Shown here one piece after another: positions 24,307 to 37,989 of a DNA stretch of 64,000 bases; position 1 is the stretch's first letter; each line of letters starts with the position of its first letter. The stretch lies in NCBI GenBank assembly GCA_044892525.1, contig CM097888.1:2666001-2730000 (forward strand). Reading direction: 5' to 3'. The notes beneath the pieces are model-generated. The model worked only from the letters and a program-made list of their open reading frames with translations, was not told where the DNA came from and searched no databases. The position numbers and the translations under genes are program-made. This stretch comes from Schmidtea polychroa (taxonomy: Eukaryota).

Positions 24307-25696
24307 AAACACCGAGGCGTGATAATTATTAATATTAATGTAATTACTGGTCATACATTTAATTGATTTAATTTAATATAATTTAATATAATTTAATTGA
24401 TTGAATTTAAATATAAAGCTTTACCAGAAATAATTATTGCTACTAACTGATTTCACTTCTACCATTTGACCATAATAATTTTATATAGAGATTTACTAAC
24501 TCCTTACACTAACGATAATGTGAACCCGCATAGATTTGTTATCCAACCAGTATATAAATCAAATATGGATCCAAGAAATAATAACATCACATTATTTGAA
24601 GGTTTTCTCATTTATCTTGAAGATAAAAGAGCTGTTATTATTTATATATATACAACAAAAACCTCCATGTGACTTTTGATAAAAACTAATTTACTATAAA
24701 TTTTAAAAAGTAATTGTTATAAAAATTGAATTTTTTTGTTTAAATAAGATTTGAATTTGAAGTCGTTTATTTTTTTCCTGTAAGAGTCAATGAAGAAGCT
24801 TATCATTATCAAAAGGTTAATTGTAAAAATATTCAGTTGATTTAATTTTGCTACCAATAAAGTTGTTTTGTTGAAATTGAAGTTTTATTGATTTACTCAG
24901 TGAACCCGAGGAGTCGGATCAAGATTTAGCCCCATCGATAAACATTCCATTATCCCATCAATATTGTACTGTAAAAGCTCCTTCAAACTTCAGAAAAGCC
25001 AGTAACTCATTGTACATCTTAAGTGATCAAGCAAAATGTTCCCCTCGACTGGACCACTTTTTTACGATACAAAGTCTCCATATTTTTAAAGTTAGGCTTA
25101 AATTTTTATTACTTATTAAATTTTACGTCCTGTACAATTTCATATTTATAGTTTTCAAAAGGCTCAATTTTCCCGACTGCGAACGCAGGGTCACTTGTAA
25201 GGGTAACATTACATGACGGGGCCAAAATTTTCAAATATAACAGCTGGTAAAACCAAATTTACTAAGATAACGAGAGAATTGATAAAATAAATATTGAAGG
25301 CCCTTACAATTATAATATAAATCAATAAATCACTTTTTATATAACACTGACCTAGACAACAGTTACCCTATGTATAAAAAAATATCTAAAAAAAATATTA
25401 AACAATTCATTCTATTTTCCAATTATAACGAATTAAAATATAATAATTGTCGGTATTTATTAAGAAATTGGCTATATAATGCATTAGCCAATCAAATTCA
25501 TCCATTTAATTTATTAGCCAATCCTATTCATGGATTAATCATATTAACTATTTGACCTTGACTATTATACGGGATATCAAAATTTAGGTTAAATATATCA
25601 GAATAAATATAAAATAATTAATAATAATAAAGTTTTCAAAAAATAAGCGTTTTAATAAAATATTATATTATTCTTTATGATAAATTCAATTTCAAC

Positions 25697-25911
25697 CTGA
25701 CAATAATCAACTCCACTTGAATTGTATACGTCCAAATGATTCAATTTTGGCATCCTATTTATATATAGCATCAATAAATCGCTTTGAGAAATGATAATAA
25801 ACGATAATTTATAATAAGTGAAACCTTACCACATACTGCCGATTTCATAGAGAGGAGGGGGCATGAATTGCATGGGATAATGTGACACATAGCCACGGTG
25901 GTAATTCATTC
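25697..25911 (-). CDS. Two candidate exons (25830-25911, 25697-25781) of an unidentified gene
   Basis: GT-AG 48-nt intron, phase-compatible. Reads MNYHRGYVSHYPMQFMPPPLYEIGSMCDLLMLYINRMPKLNHLDVYNSSGVDYCQ. Confidence 0.45.
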
Positions 25912-27939
25912 CTATAATTTTATTCAATTTCATTTTATATATAAATGTTTAACTTGTTGAATTTGAGTTCATAATTTTAAATTGAGAAAAACTTATAAAC
26001 TCTTAAATTTAGCTACTAAAATTTTATTTATAATTGACTGTTTTGAAATATTATTTAATTATCTTCATAGAAACAAATATTTAAACAAATCTGAAAAAAT
26101 TACATTATTTTGCTTCAAATAATTTGATCATTTTTGAAAATTATTATTAAGAATAAATTTTGAAAATTTGTAATGAGAAATAAAATAATAAATTAATTAT
26201 AAGAGCTTAGTTTTTTTAATGCAAACTTATTCAATCAAAGAACAAGACAAATGTTGACTAACTTTCGATGAAAATTGTTGTAAAAATCTGGCCATTTATA
26301 AGAATTTATTAATTTATTTTCATTTAGCACAAAATCGTATTTTGTTAAAATAGAAATCAATAAATTATAAAAGTTAAATTTCCATATAATCTTTGACCTC
26401 AAACCCCAAAATGATTGTTTCCTACCATCAATGTGACAATAGTTACATGTCTTTAAATTCATGTTGAAAGTGTTTAAGTGTGGTGGAGAAATATTGGGCA
26501 GTTGAGCTTCGTTACTAAAATTATTTTAGTGAATTCTTCTTTCCGTTTATAAGACTAACGCTAAAGGAATTAATGCAGTTGTGTAGTTCTATGAAGTCAT
26601 ATCCCTGTCACAGTTAGTATATCTTATCATACCCAATCAAATAAAACCTGTAAGGTTTGACATAATCAATTCTCGTTTCTAAAACGTTTTTTAGATTGAA
26701 TTAATTTAATTAAAAGTTGCTTTAGTTTTTCCGCCCTTTTCTTTACTAGTTTTAAATTTCATTTCTCTTAGAAATTTAAAAATTTTTCTTTTGTCTTAAT
26801 ATTTTAAAATTAATGCAATTATTTTTGCATATATTTCTTACATCAATGCTTTAATTGTTTGAATTGTTATTTTAAATAATTTTAAGTTCTTTAAATTTTC
26901 TATTTTCTCTTTAGTGTAAACTTGTTTAAAAATTTTTATTTAACTATTTTAATTTTATTTCTTTTTATGTTCCTGTAGTATATTATCATGTAGTTTGGTT
27001 ATAACAAACTTATAACAAAGAATTTTTAACAATATTAGAATTTATTGATCAACACAATTACATCAACTGTTTTCCCACTTTCATTTTAAGACCCCGCTTC
27101 TTTAAATTTACAGTTAAAATATACGAATTCACTGTCATATTTTCTTAAATAATTTCTTCTCATCTACCATTAACTCTAGTTTTTATTTTTATTTTGATTC
27201 CAATATTTGATTAAAGTCTTTTTCTTATCATTTTTTTTGAATCACAACTGTAAAGACCACCAATAATTCAACTGTGTTGTTAGATTGTGTGGATCGAGTA
27301 TTAATTGTATCCATTAAAATTAATTAAAGATTCGAAATTCAAATTATTTATTCTTATTCACAATATTCAAACAAGAAGATTATTTTACGCCAACAATATC
27401 TTGAGCAAGCAAATATCATTCTACAATCAATATATTAATTTAAATTATATAATTATATTATAATTATATTTACATTTATATTATTAATATAATATTTACA
27501 ATTATTGCTTACATATCATGCTTATGAAATTCTAAATTAATTAATACATAATATTTAAATTTTATGTTTTCATAATGTTTTCCAATTCACAATTTGTAAA
27601 TGTTCATAAACTCATAACTTACTGTATTTTTTTCATCTTTTCTTCTCTTATTTCTCACCTTTTCTGGTTTTCAGTGATCAATAATAATATTCGTTTTCAA
27701 ATATATTTGTTTCTTATTTTTTCATAAAATTATTTCAATAATTTTCCTAATCATTTTAATTTTATTATTCACGACAAATAAAATTAAAATATAAAAATTT
27801 TTAAATTAAAAAATTTAATAAAAATTAAAAAAAACATTAAATTTATAAATTAAAAATTTAAATTTACCGTAAATTTCAATCTACAGCTAATTTATTCATT
27901 AGAACAAAAGTTGAGTTTAGCTCTTAAAAAATATCACAA

Positions 27940-30900
27940 TCACAGAATTGCAATGGGATGTTCCCTAGTCGGAGGATTTAGGCTAGGTATTGATGCTGTC
28001 GCTTCCTTAATTACACCAAGTGTACTGTTGAAGGTTTGTTTGATGACAGTGTCTGCAATTTTCTCCGATAGCTGCAAATATTACCCGTCAAATATAACCA
28101 ATTATCACCAACTAATGCAAATTTCATAAACAGTAAACAAACTATAACTGGAAACGCAAATAATAACTATTTAATAACTTCGATAATTTGTTTAAAATAA
28201 GATCTCTATTGCCCAGATAGCACTTTGCTCCTAGAGTGATGTTGAATTCACATCTTTCGGCACAACTTGTTCCCCTGGGTTTGATCTTAATGTGTTCAAT
28301 GTTCAATATTTCTAGCAATACTTCTTTAATTGATGATATAAATAAATATGAAACAGAAGAAATATAAGTGTGAAGGGCTAAGAGTTAAAAATCAACTCGA
28401 GAATCAGGTAATTTATCTAGGCATTTTATCAACAGTTAAAATTATCTATTTATATAATTCCCTTGATATGCATATCAAACTTTACATATTTTCCAATTAA
28501 CTTCCAATTAAGCTACTAATCATTGTAAGTAATGTATTTAGATTAAAATTTTATGAATTCAATATTCCTATGTCAATCAAGAGTACAAAGATGAAATACG
28601 CCCGTTTGTATAGAATAAAAACTTCTTTAATACCGGTTGGTGTGTACGCCAACTTTGTGATTCATCATTTTTGTTATTTTGACATTTTACATTTTAGAAT
28701 CCATTTTCTAAAAATGATTGGTAAGTAGGTAAAAAGTAACTTTTAAGGTTTGAATTTCGATTTTATATAGATATGAGATCAGCGCTATGCTGTAACTTTT
28801 GGGGACCCTATACAGACACTAAGATATCTTTTTTTATTGATTTTAATTAAAAAATACTACAAGAAATTATAAAGCGATTTTTCGAGCTCTTGCTGGTAAA
28901 TTCATCAATTATATCATTGTAATCAATCGCTCTGGCTGTTGCATTTTCATTCGACAGTATTGCTAATCCAAAAAGTCTTTCCTGTGACATTGTAGACCGA
29001 AGATAATTTTCAATTAATTTTAGTTTTGAAAACGATCGTTTTTGAGAATTTTCATTGATGGTATTTTCTTTCAATTCCTGATATTTTCTTGCTATTGGAG
29101 AAATTTTTCTAAAGTATTTAATATTTGGGACGCAGTGCGATATCGATAGTACGGCACTATATGAGATTATTATTCAAGCTCATAAATATTCAATATTTAT
29201 ATTAGAATTTATTTTTAAATACTTTTTTTAGCAATTTTATAAATTTCTGTTTATAATTTTGGATTAATTTCGATTTAATGTAAATTAGATCAATTTTAAA
29301 TTATANNNNNNNNNNNNNNNNNNNNNNNNNNNNNNNNNNNNNNNNNNNNNNNNNNNNNNNNNNNNNNNNNNNNNNNNNNNNNNNNNNNNNNNNNNNNNNN
29401 NNNNNNNNNNNNNNNNNNNNNNNNNNNNNNNNNNNNNNGTTGCATGCGTTTTTTCTATCGCGCCTGTGTGCGCGGTCTGGTTAGACCAATTCTGGTTGGT
29501 GTGCGCACACAGACGCGAGCAATGGAAATTCGATTGAATTTTGTAAGTAGAAATGATTTTGTAGAAATTAGATGGAATTTTTGAGTTTTGTGAATTCTGG
29601 AACTTTTTGTTTTGAAACCGGAGGTTGGAAATAATTGAATGGATCCAGATTGGGACTATTTCGTCAAATCCGCTGATGACTATTATGCTGAAAATTGTGA
29701 TACAATGACATTGCGCATATGGGATACGGCAGATCAAGCAAGATTTGGAACTATAACCTCGTCTTATTACAGAGGAGCTCATGAAATTATTGTTGTGGTT
29801 GATGTTACCGATCAAGATTCGTTTAACAATGTTAAAAATTGGCTTAATGAAATCGATAGATATGCAAAAGGAAAAGTTCCCGATAAAATGATTGAGACGA
29901 GTTCAGCTACGAGATTGTTTAATATTACTGAAAGTACTGGAGGTGTTATGACTGGTATGATCCCTGATTGTCGATCGCAAGTTTATCGTGCACAAATGGA
30001 AGCAGCTCGATTAAAATCTGACATTGGACATGACATTGAAATGGACAAACTGGTATTAGTCAAAACTGATCCACGCGGCCCTGTAGAGGCGGAAAATAAA
30101 ATTGTTCTTGGACTTATTCAATTATTATTATTATTATTATTTTATTATATTGAGACAATTTTTTTTGCAGTAGTAAATTGCGAATTTTTTCCTGGGAAGC
30201 ATACAAATGTGATTCAACAAAATTCAATAAAGTATTTGTTTGCCACCATCTTTTTGAATATTATATTATTTTTTTACTGAATTTTTGGAGATTCCCAATA
30301 ACATTCCAAAATTATAGCCAACATTTATGGAACTGTCGAAGGTTCTAGTTCAGTTACTTCAGAAATGTTTGAAATATTATAACAATATTAAATCAATTGC
30401 AATTAAAAGAACAAATCATACGTTATGTAAAAAGGCAAAGTTTAAATATTTTTCAAAATCATAAAAAATAAAATAATTTCAAATTTTAAAAATTCATTTA
30501 AATTTTTTAAAAATTCAATAAATATTTTATTATGTAAAATTAAATTAATTAAAATTTATTTTTGTTAAATAAACATTTTTAAAGAATTTTAATTTTTTAT
30601 GTTAATAAAACTTAATGAAATGGAAAAAAAATTTGTAAATATTTAAAATCAAATTTTAAAAATTCGTTTAAATATTTTCAAAAGAAACAAAAATTTAAAA
30701 AAATATTTTAAAAATTAAAACCAAACATAAAAAAATTTTTAATTTAAAAAAATAATTTTATAATCTTATTTAAAAAAATTAAAACAAAGCATAAAATATA
30801 TTTTCAAATAAAATAATTTCGCTATAATATTTATAAAATTAAAACAAAATAGATAAAATAATTAATTAAATATTTTAAAAATAAAAAAACCTCAAAACAT

Positions 30901-33900
30901 TTTCAAAAAATTAAAAAAATTTGCCAAAAAAATTGTAAAATTAAAACAAAATAGATAAAAATTATTTTGCAATGTTATAAAAAGTAAAATATTTTTAAAT
31001 TTAAAATTTGAAAAATTCATCTAAAGATTTTTTAATTTTAAAAATCGAAATAATATTTAGAAAATTAAAACAAAACACAAAATATATTTCCGAATTTTAA
31101 AGGTTTGCCAAAATAATTATAAAATTAAAACAAAACGGATATTAAAAAGTATTAAAAATATTTCCATCCATAAAGAGATATATTTGCTTTTTGATAAATC
31201 TTACGAAAATATCTCTTCATTTTCTCGACAACTCAAAGTATAGTTCAAAAAATTTTCCTTGGATATTTTCCCGAATTAATTTCCCTTTACTCGTCCAGTA
31301 TCAATATTGTATAATATGTAAATTATTAAATTAATTAACTTGAATATTATTTATTGAAATATTGATTTATAGTTTGAAATGAAAATATTGGAAATTGATA
31401 ATATAATATATAATTAATAAATCCATTATATTTGCCCGAATGGTTGGAATTTAATATAAATATCATATAGTAATGTCAATATAAATTACCTCATATTGAC
31501 CCGGGCCGGGAGTTTCCTCGATGGCGTCATTGAATCGCTTTTCTCGGAAATAGAATTTCCCAGTTTTCGTATTTAAGTAGGTTTTGTGGTCATAACTTGC
31601 TGGTCCTGCATCGAAACGTGAGATAATTAATAGGCAGTCTTGCCAACTCTACCTGGCAAACTTGGATCCACACAATCCAAAGGAGAACCTTTTGCATATC
31701 GACTGGCATTAGAAAGGAAACTGCAATGTCTTCTTTTAGCATCTTTAGTTCTTGGTTCCGTGTAATGTTTCTTGCCTTGAGACTTCTTGAATGCGCTTAT
31801 TACATCATATTGCGTTGCGTCAGGCAAATCCTATGTGCAAGCAAATTTTTTATTTTTCCCTGGAGTACATTTCAATCAGTCTTACGAATTTCCCTTGAAT
31901 AACAGGATCATAATCGCGATTGGTCAGAGAAGCAAACATGGATGACATAGGTTGATAGAGTTTAGATGCGTTAGCTAATTGTTTGGGTTGATAATGAGAG
32001 GGTCCAGGAATATCATTTGCGTTTCTATTTCCCAGATCTACGTCTCTTATACTAGTTGAACCAAAACCACCTTTTTTTGTCATTGATATATAGCTGGGCT
32101 TCTCTCTTGTTGCTTCTGAGACGTTGTAAACTTGTGGGCCTAAGGTTTATGAAAATAAAATAGACAGTTGCGGTTTATTAGAAACACTCAAATTATTATA
32201 TATTGATAAGCCAGTGAGATTTCCATGAAATTGTGCTATGAAACATTTTTTCTTTATCGTTAATACTATGTAAATAATCCACATGGAAAATTTTAAATTT
32301 TAATTTTAATCGATTAAATGACATTTTTTAATGAAATTAACCAATTAAATTATCAGATATTAATCATTGAAATTATCAATGAAATTATGAATTTAAATAT
32401 CAATTCAAATATCAGTTAAAATATCAATTAAAATATCAATTAAAATATCCATTAAAATATCAATGAAATTATCAATGAATTAATCGATGAAACTAATCAA
32501 TGAAATCAATGAAATTGTCAGTGCAATTATCAATGAAATTGTCACTTAAAATATCAAGTAAAATATCAATTAAAATATAGTTAAAATATCAATTAAAATA
32601 TCAATGAAATTATCAATGAATTAATCGATGAAATTAATCAATGAAATTATGTGCAATTATCAATGAAATTGTCACTTAAAATATCAAGTAAAATATCAAT
32701 AAAAATATCAATAAAAATATCAATAAAAATATAATTCAAATATCAATTCAAATATCAATTAAAATGTCAATGAAATTATCAATGAATTAATCGATGAAAT
32801 TAATCAATGAAATTATCAGTGCAATTATTAATGAAATTGTCACTTAAAATATCAATAAAAATATCAATTCAAATATCAATTCAAATATCAATTAAAATAT
32901 CAATTAAAATATCAATGAAATCAATGAATTAATGAAATTATTATCAATTAATTTATTGATCCACTATCATGTGAAATGAAATCAAGATAAAGGATAGAAT
33001 TAAATCGACGGCATGTAGCTGATAATATCCAGTTGAACATGATCATTAAACAAGCAAATCATAGGAAATACCTGGAATATCAATGTCCACCTTCTCTGTA
33101 AATCGAGTTGCAGTCAGTCCAAACGGACTGCGCTTCATTCCAGTTACTTTTTTCAGTGAATTAAGAGCCGTTCGGGGATCATTATAACTTCCTGGGCCGG
33201 GAATATCATCAAACTGGCTGCGGAATCTCTTAAATAGATATAGAAACTAGCATAGGGTAACCAATCAATCACTTGGGCTTGAACCCCGAATGGGGGGTGT
33301 TCAATCTTTTCACCTTCTTCATTGAAAATCGGCTTTGGACATTCGATGAGTCCCGAATGCATGTAGGATGCTGGTCCGGGAATGTGCTACAATATGACAC
33401 TTTCAAAATGGAGTTTTGTTATCTACCGCAAAATTACATCTTTTATAGCTTTTCTTTGTAGGTCATCGATAAATCTTGGAATGCGCAATTGGGCAAATTT
33501 TCCGCTTTCCCGGCTCTGGTAGTACTCTGTCATATCTGTCCAGCGATCTGAGAACGGATCATATTGCCCCGGCCCTGGGCCCTTTGAGCCACTGAAATCA
33601 GTCCGCCGAGCTCTCTATACTCGAGTTATTAATCATGGCCCATGATAAAACAGTTTCTACATCATAACTCCAGAAGCATCCTTTGTATTTATCTGTTATT
33701 GCGTTTTCTCCAATTTTCGGAATGTAAAACGCTGGACCAAGACTAATATCTCGCTGTGGAGGGCCTTGTTTAATTAACTTCCCATGTGGTCCTTCTTCAT
33801 ATCCAAACGCAGTTTGTGCATTTGGAATGCTAGGTGGCATCTCTTCTCTTTTGTAAATGATTTTGTTTTTATCCAGAATTTTCTTTTTCAATACGTACAT

Positions 33901-34118
33901 GAGATTTATAATGAAAGAGCGAGAGATGATTTACTTTTCTAGAGTCGGCTGAGTAACACTTAATTTTATCTTCAACACAATATTGACCGGGACCGGGAAT
34001 TTCCGATTTGATCGGTTTAAAGCGGGCGTCACCATTGCTTATTGAGGATCCACCCTTTAAATGATTATTTTATTCCAGAAACCTTTGAATTTAATATTAT
34101 TAAGTAGTTTTGGCACTC

Positions 34119-34200
<82 letters not shown>

Positions 34201-36713
34201 ATTACTGTGTAATGATTATTGGGACTACCAAATATACATATTTTAATTTTATTGCATTCATTTTTATTGATTTTAATTATAAAAAAATAATACAAAGAAA
34301 TTATAAAGCAATTTTTCTAGGTCTTTTGCGGGTAAATTCATCAATTAAATCATTGTAATCAATCATTCTGGCTGTTGCATTTTCATTCGACAGTATTGCT
34401 AATCCAGAAAGTCAGGGTTACCAACTCGACCATTTTCACCCGAAGACTTCTGGTTTGATGTGATAACTTCGGGTTTGTCAAAATATTTTCAAAATGTTTG
34501 CAGGTTTAGTTTTTATTTAATTCTGCAGGGATTATTAGTTATTTTTTGCTGGGATTATATAAATTGTTGGTAAAGTTAGCTGGGATAATAATATGAGTTG
34601 TCAATTTTCAATTTCATTTTGCAGTTGAACGTTGCGTGAAGGTGAAGTAATGTAATTGTGTAATAAATAAAAAAATTAAAACATGTAAGTAATATAAATA
34701 TAATCAATAATACAAGCAACACAACTTAATAACACTCTTAAAATTATATTTTCTGGAGTTCCTAATTTTTTTTATGTTTTCTTATTGAATAGATTTTGTT
34801 ATTTTATGTTTTATTGTTATTGAATAAATATATTTTGTTTTATATTCATATGTATTTATTATTTATTATTAAATCTTCGGATGTAAAAATAATTTCTTCG
34901 GGTCTGAGTCGTTCCAGAGTTGGTAACCCTACAGAAAGTATTTCCTGTGACATTGTAGACCAAAGATAATTTTCAATTAATTTTAGTTTTGAAAACGATC
35001 GTTTTTCAGAATTTTCGTTGTTGTTTATTTCTTTCAATTCCTGATATTTATTGGAGAAAAAGTGGTATTAAACAAAAGGCGTAGAGAAAGGAGAAAAGTT
35101 GAAAAAAGAAATAATAAATAAATGAAGCGTAGATTTATTACAACGGATGGAAGATGGAAAAGGGATATTAAAAAAAGACTTAAATCCTGAAATTAATATA
35201 AAAGAATTTAATGGAATCTATGGTGAAATTATATAAGCTCTTGACGAACATATGTTGGTTACAGCTGATGGGGGAGAGGCGAAGCTTTTCCTGGGAAATG
35301 AAAGAAGACTAAGAAGAAGTGATCTAAAATAGAATATTTAAATAATGAAGAATTAGGGACTACATTAATACTTATAGTTATTTATTGGACCTTGTCTACA
35401 GAGAGATATGGAACTATTCGAATAGAATATCACTGTTTAAAAGTCAGGCAAAAATCAATTAACAATCGGATATCTCTCTATTAGTAAAATCCCGGGATAA
35501 AGCAGAAACATTAATTTCCATGAGAAAGAAAAGTAAAAAATAAATAAATATAAAAATTGGATGGTGAAATTTTGGTGTAACATTTAACTTAAATAAAACC
35601 AATGAAATATTCGCCAGTTTTATTAAGTGATTTGTCGGATTGCAAATTGACGAAGTTCAAGGGGAGGAAACCTTTTTGGAAAGGTTCTATTTCGTGATGT
35701 CATTTCTGCTCTAATAGATTTCTAATTGCTTCTTAGTCATTGTGTTATTTTATACAAGTAAATGATAATATAAGCAATTTGCTGCAAACTTTCTAGTAAA
35801 TGATAAAGTTTCGATTATNNNNNNNNNNNNNNNNNNNNNNNNNNNNNNNNNNNNNNNNNNNNNNNNNNNNNNNNNNNNNNNNNNNNNNNNNNNNNNNNNN
35901 NNNNNNNNNNNNNNNNNNNNNNNNNNNNNNNNNNNNNNNNNNNNNNNNNNNNNNNNNNNNNNNNNNNNNNNNNNNNNNNNNNNNNNNNNNNNNNNNNNNN
36001 NNNNNNNNNNNNNNNNNNNNNNNNNNNNNNNNNNNNNNNNNNNNNNNNNNNNNNNNNNNNNNNNNNNNNNNNNNNNNNNNNNNNNNNNNNNNNNNNNNNN
36101 NNNNNNNNNNNNNNNNNNNNNNNNNNNNNNNNNNNNNNNNNNNNNNNNNNNNNNNNNNNNNNNNNNNNNNNNNNNNNNNNNNNNNNNNNNNNNNNNNNNN
36201 NNNNNNNNNNNNNNNNNNNNNNNNNNNNNNNNNNNNNNNNNNNNNNNNNNNNNNNNNNNNNNNNNNNNNNNNNNNNNNNNNNNNNNNNNNNNNNNNNNNN
36301 NNNNNNNNNNNNNNNNNNNNNNNNNNNNNNNNNNNNNNNNNNNNNNNNNNNNNNNNNNNNNNNNNNNNNNNNNATGAAGGTAATGACATGGGATTATTAA
36401 AATTAGTAATTGACAAAAGCGAAAATATTTGCGAATATAAATTTCTCAGATTAAATTGAGAATGAAAATCTAAAACTCTGATTACCAGTATTTTGTTTGA
36501 CATTAATTTCGAATCATACTGTGCCGGTCCTGGAAGAACTTGCGCATCGTCGTGTGCAAGATTAAAATCTCTAGATGCTAACGATTGAAATGGTGCATAT
36601 CCATCACTCTTAGTATTGATAGTGCCAAAGTGTTGGTAAGATCCAGGTCCGATCTCGTAAGGTGTTCCAACAGATGATTGAAAAGTAAAATTTCGAGGAG
36701 CTCGGTCATACAT
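27940..36713 (-). CDS. STPG2: Sperm-tail PG-rich repeat-containing protein 2 (SHIPPO/PGP repeats), about 565 aa
   Basis: Exons 36713-36486, 34054-33935, 33882-33661, 33614-33438, 33386-33273, 33228-33072, 32139-31886, 31830-31653, 31605-31490 and 28071-27940; total 1698 nt, phases consistent. N-terminus MYDRAPR, repeated PGPGxY, YNDPRTAL, and C-terminal [20 protein letters not shown] match STPG2. The exon 2/3 boundary is the least certain. Confidence 0.93.
28780..29159 (-). mobile_element. Internally deleted hAT (ZMYM1-type transposase C-terminus), 380 bp
   Basis: Perfect 8-bp TSD tatgagat (28772-28779, 29160-29167). Degenerate TIRs cagcgctatgc / gtacggcacta. Encodes [29 protein letters not shown]...IIDEF. 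Confidence 0.88.
29639..30280 (+). pseudogene. Intronless chimeric ORF: deleted Rab1 fragments fused to proteasome alpha-6 (PSMA6) fragments
   Basis: aa1-76 Rab1-like ([37 protein letters not shown]...WLNEIDRYA). aa77-147 PSMA6-like ([39 protein letters not shown]; KTDPRG). Antisense in STPG2 intron 9. Confidence 0.85.
32360..32940. repeat. Degenerate AT-rich tandem array (aaaatatcaatt / aattatcaatgaaatt units)
   Basis: Repeated 12-16-bp units with a recurring larger block, in STPG2 intron 6. Confidence 0.85.
34121..34200. repeat. (TA)n microsatellite
   Basis: Long ta run in STPG2 intron 1. Confidence 0.95.
34240..35050 (-). mobile_element. Second copy of the ZMYM1-type hAT fragment, interrupted by a nested MITE
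   Basis: 34240-34412 plus 34932-35050 align to 28830-29100. Confidence 0.85.
34413..34931. mobile_element. Nested hAT-type MITE, 519 bp
   Basis: TIRs cagggttaccaactc / gagttggtaacccta (14/15). Perfect 8-bp TSD cagaaagt (34405-34412, 34932-34939). The empty site is visible in the copy at about 28965-28990. Confidence 0.92.
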
Positions 36714-37989
36714 TAAATTGAAACTATTGCAATTAGTACACAAATTATATTATGTAATTTTATGTTATTTAAACTATTTAATTCATTAAATTATTGATAT
36801 ATATAAATAATAAAAGAATTTCTATTTTTAATAATAATTACTTGAAATCTGAAAATGTTCAATATTGCTATGGTGATGGCAATATTAAAACAATTTCAGA
36901 TAAAACTTTTGCAACAATATGTTATTAAAATTAATAAGAAATTGAAAAATATTTTATCAGATATCATATTTTGATTATTTAATTTATAACTAACTAAAAT
37001 GAATTCGAAAATTTTGAAAATGTTTTTAAAAATAATTAATAATTAAAGAAATGACGTAATGACATATTTTACATAATAATTAATTAAAGAATATATTTTT
37101 TAGAAATATAAATTTGATATTTTGTTGCATAAGAGAATGCTTTGAGTGAATATATAGGGAAAATATTTAATCGGGATAAGACAATTCAACACTATAAAAA
37201 TAATAAAAATAAACACTATATAATGCACGCAAAATGTGTACGAAATTGCACAAATCACTTGTTCAACCTAAAAGAGCAATTAAATTTTTTGTAAATTTTT
37301 GTTTAAATTTATTGTTAAAGGTCCTTCTGTATTATAATTGTAATTATGGAATACGTTTTTAAGTTATTTAACCTTTTGAAACATTTTATATTTTGCTGAT
37401 ACAATAGAATAATGGGTTTGTCCAAAACAGTAAACATTGACAATAATACATTTTTGTTCAAGCACCAAGTTTGAATTACAAATGATTCATTGACGCCAAA
37501 TAATGCAAAATAAAATAACCCAAGCGGCAAGTGCTGAGTTCTGGTAGATATATATTTTTTTGACCTTATTTCTATATTTACCGTGCAAATGAGTGCAAAT
37601 CCACTCATGTCACTTTTTCATAATTATTATCTTTTTTTTCATTATATGAATTCTATCATTTTTACTTATTATTAATTTAACACTCAATTTCCAGAATTTT
37701 AATCCTAATTTTTAAATTTAATTTTTATGTCATTTGTGTGCCGCACTTGATGAATTTTCATTCATTTTAATAATGTTATTTGTTATTATCTTAATATTTT
37801 ATTTTACTTTGTACTACTTGGTGTTGATGAATTGCTTTAATTCAAACTTGATTTTTGGGCCAGTGTATATGTTATTGTCTTAATCAGCGACGCTTTGCCA
37901 AAATTTCGCTAGCGGTTCGCAGTGATTATTTTTTCTAATATTAATGTTTTAATTCGTCAATTTGTTTATAGCTAGTATATATATGTCGT

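Noticed and set aside
35793-36485. Long ORFs running through N gaps (also 2615-2936, 3396-3611, 7265-7672, 29285-29815, 43831-44243)
   Set aside because: Length is produced by N runs. Only the flanking recognisable parts were used.
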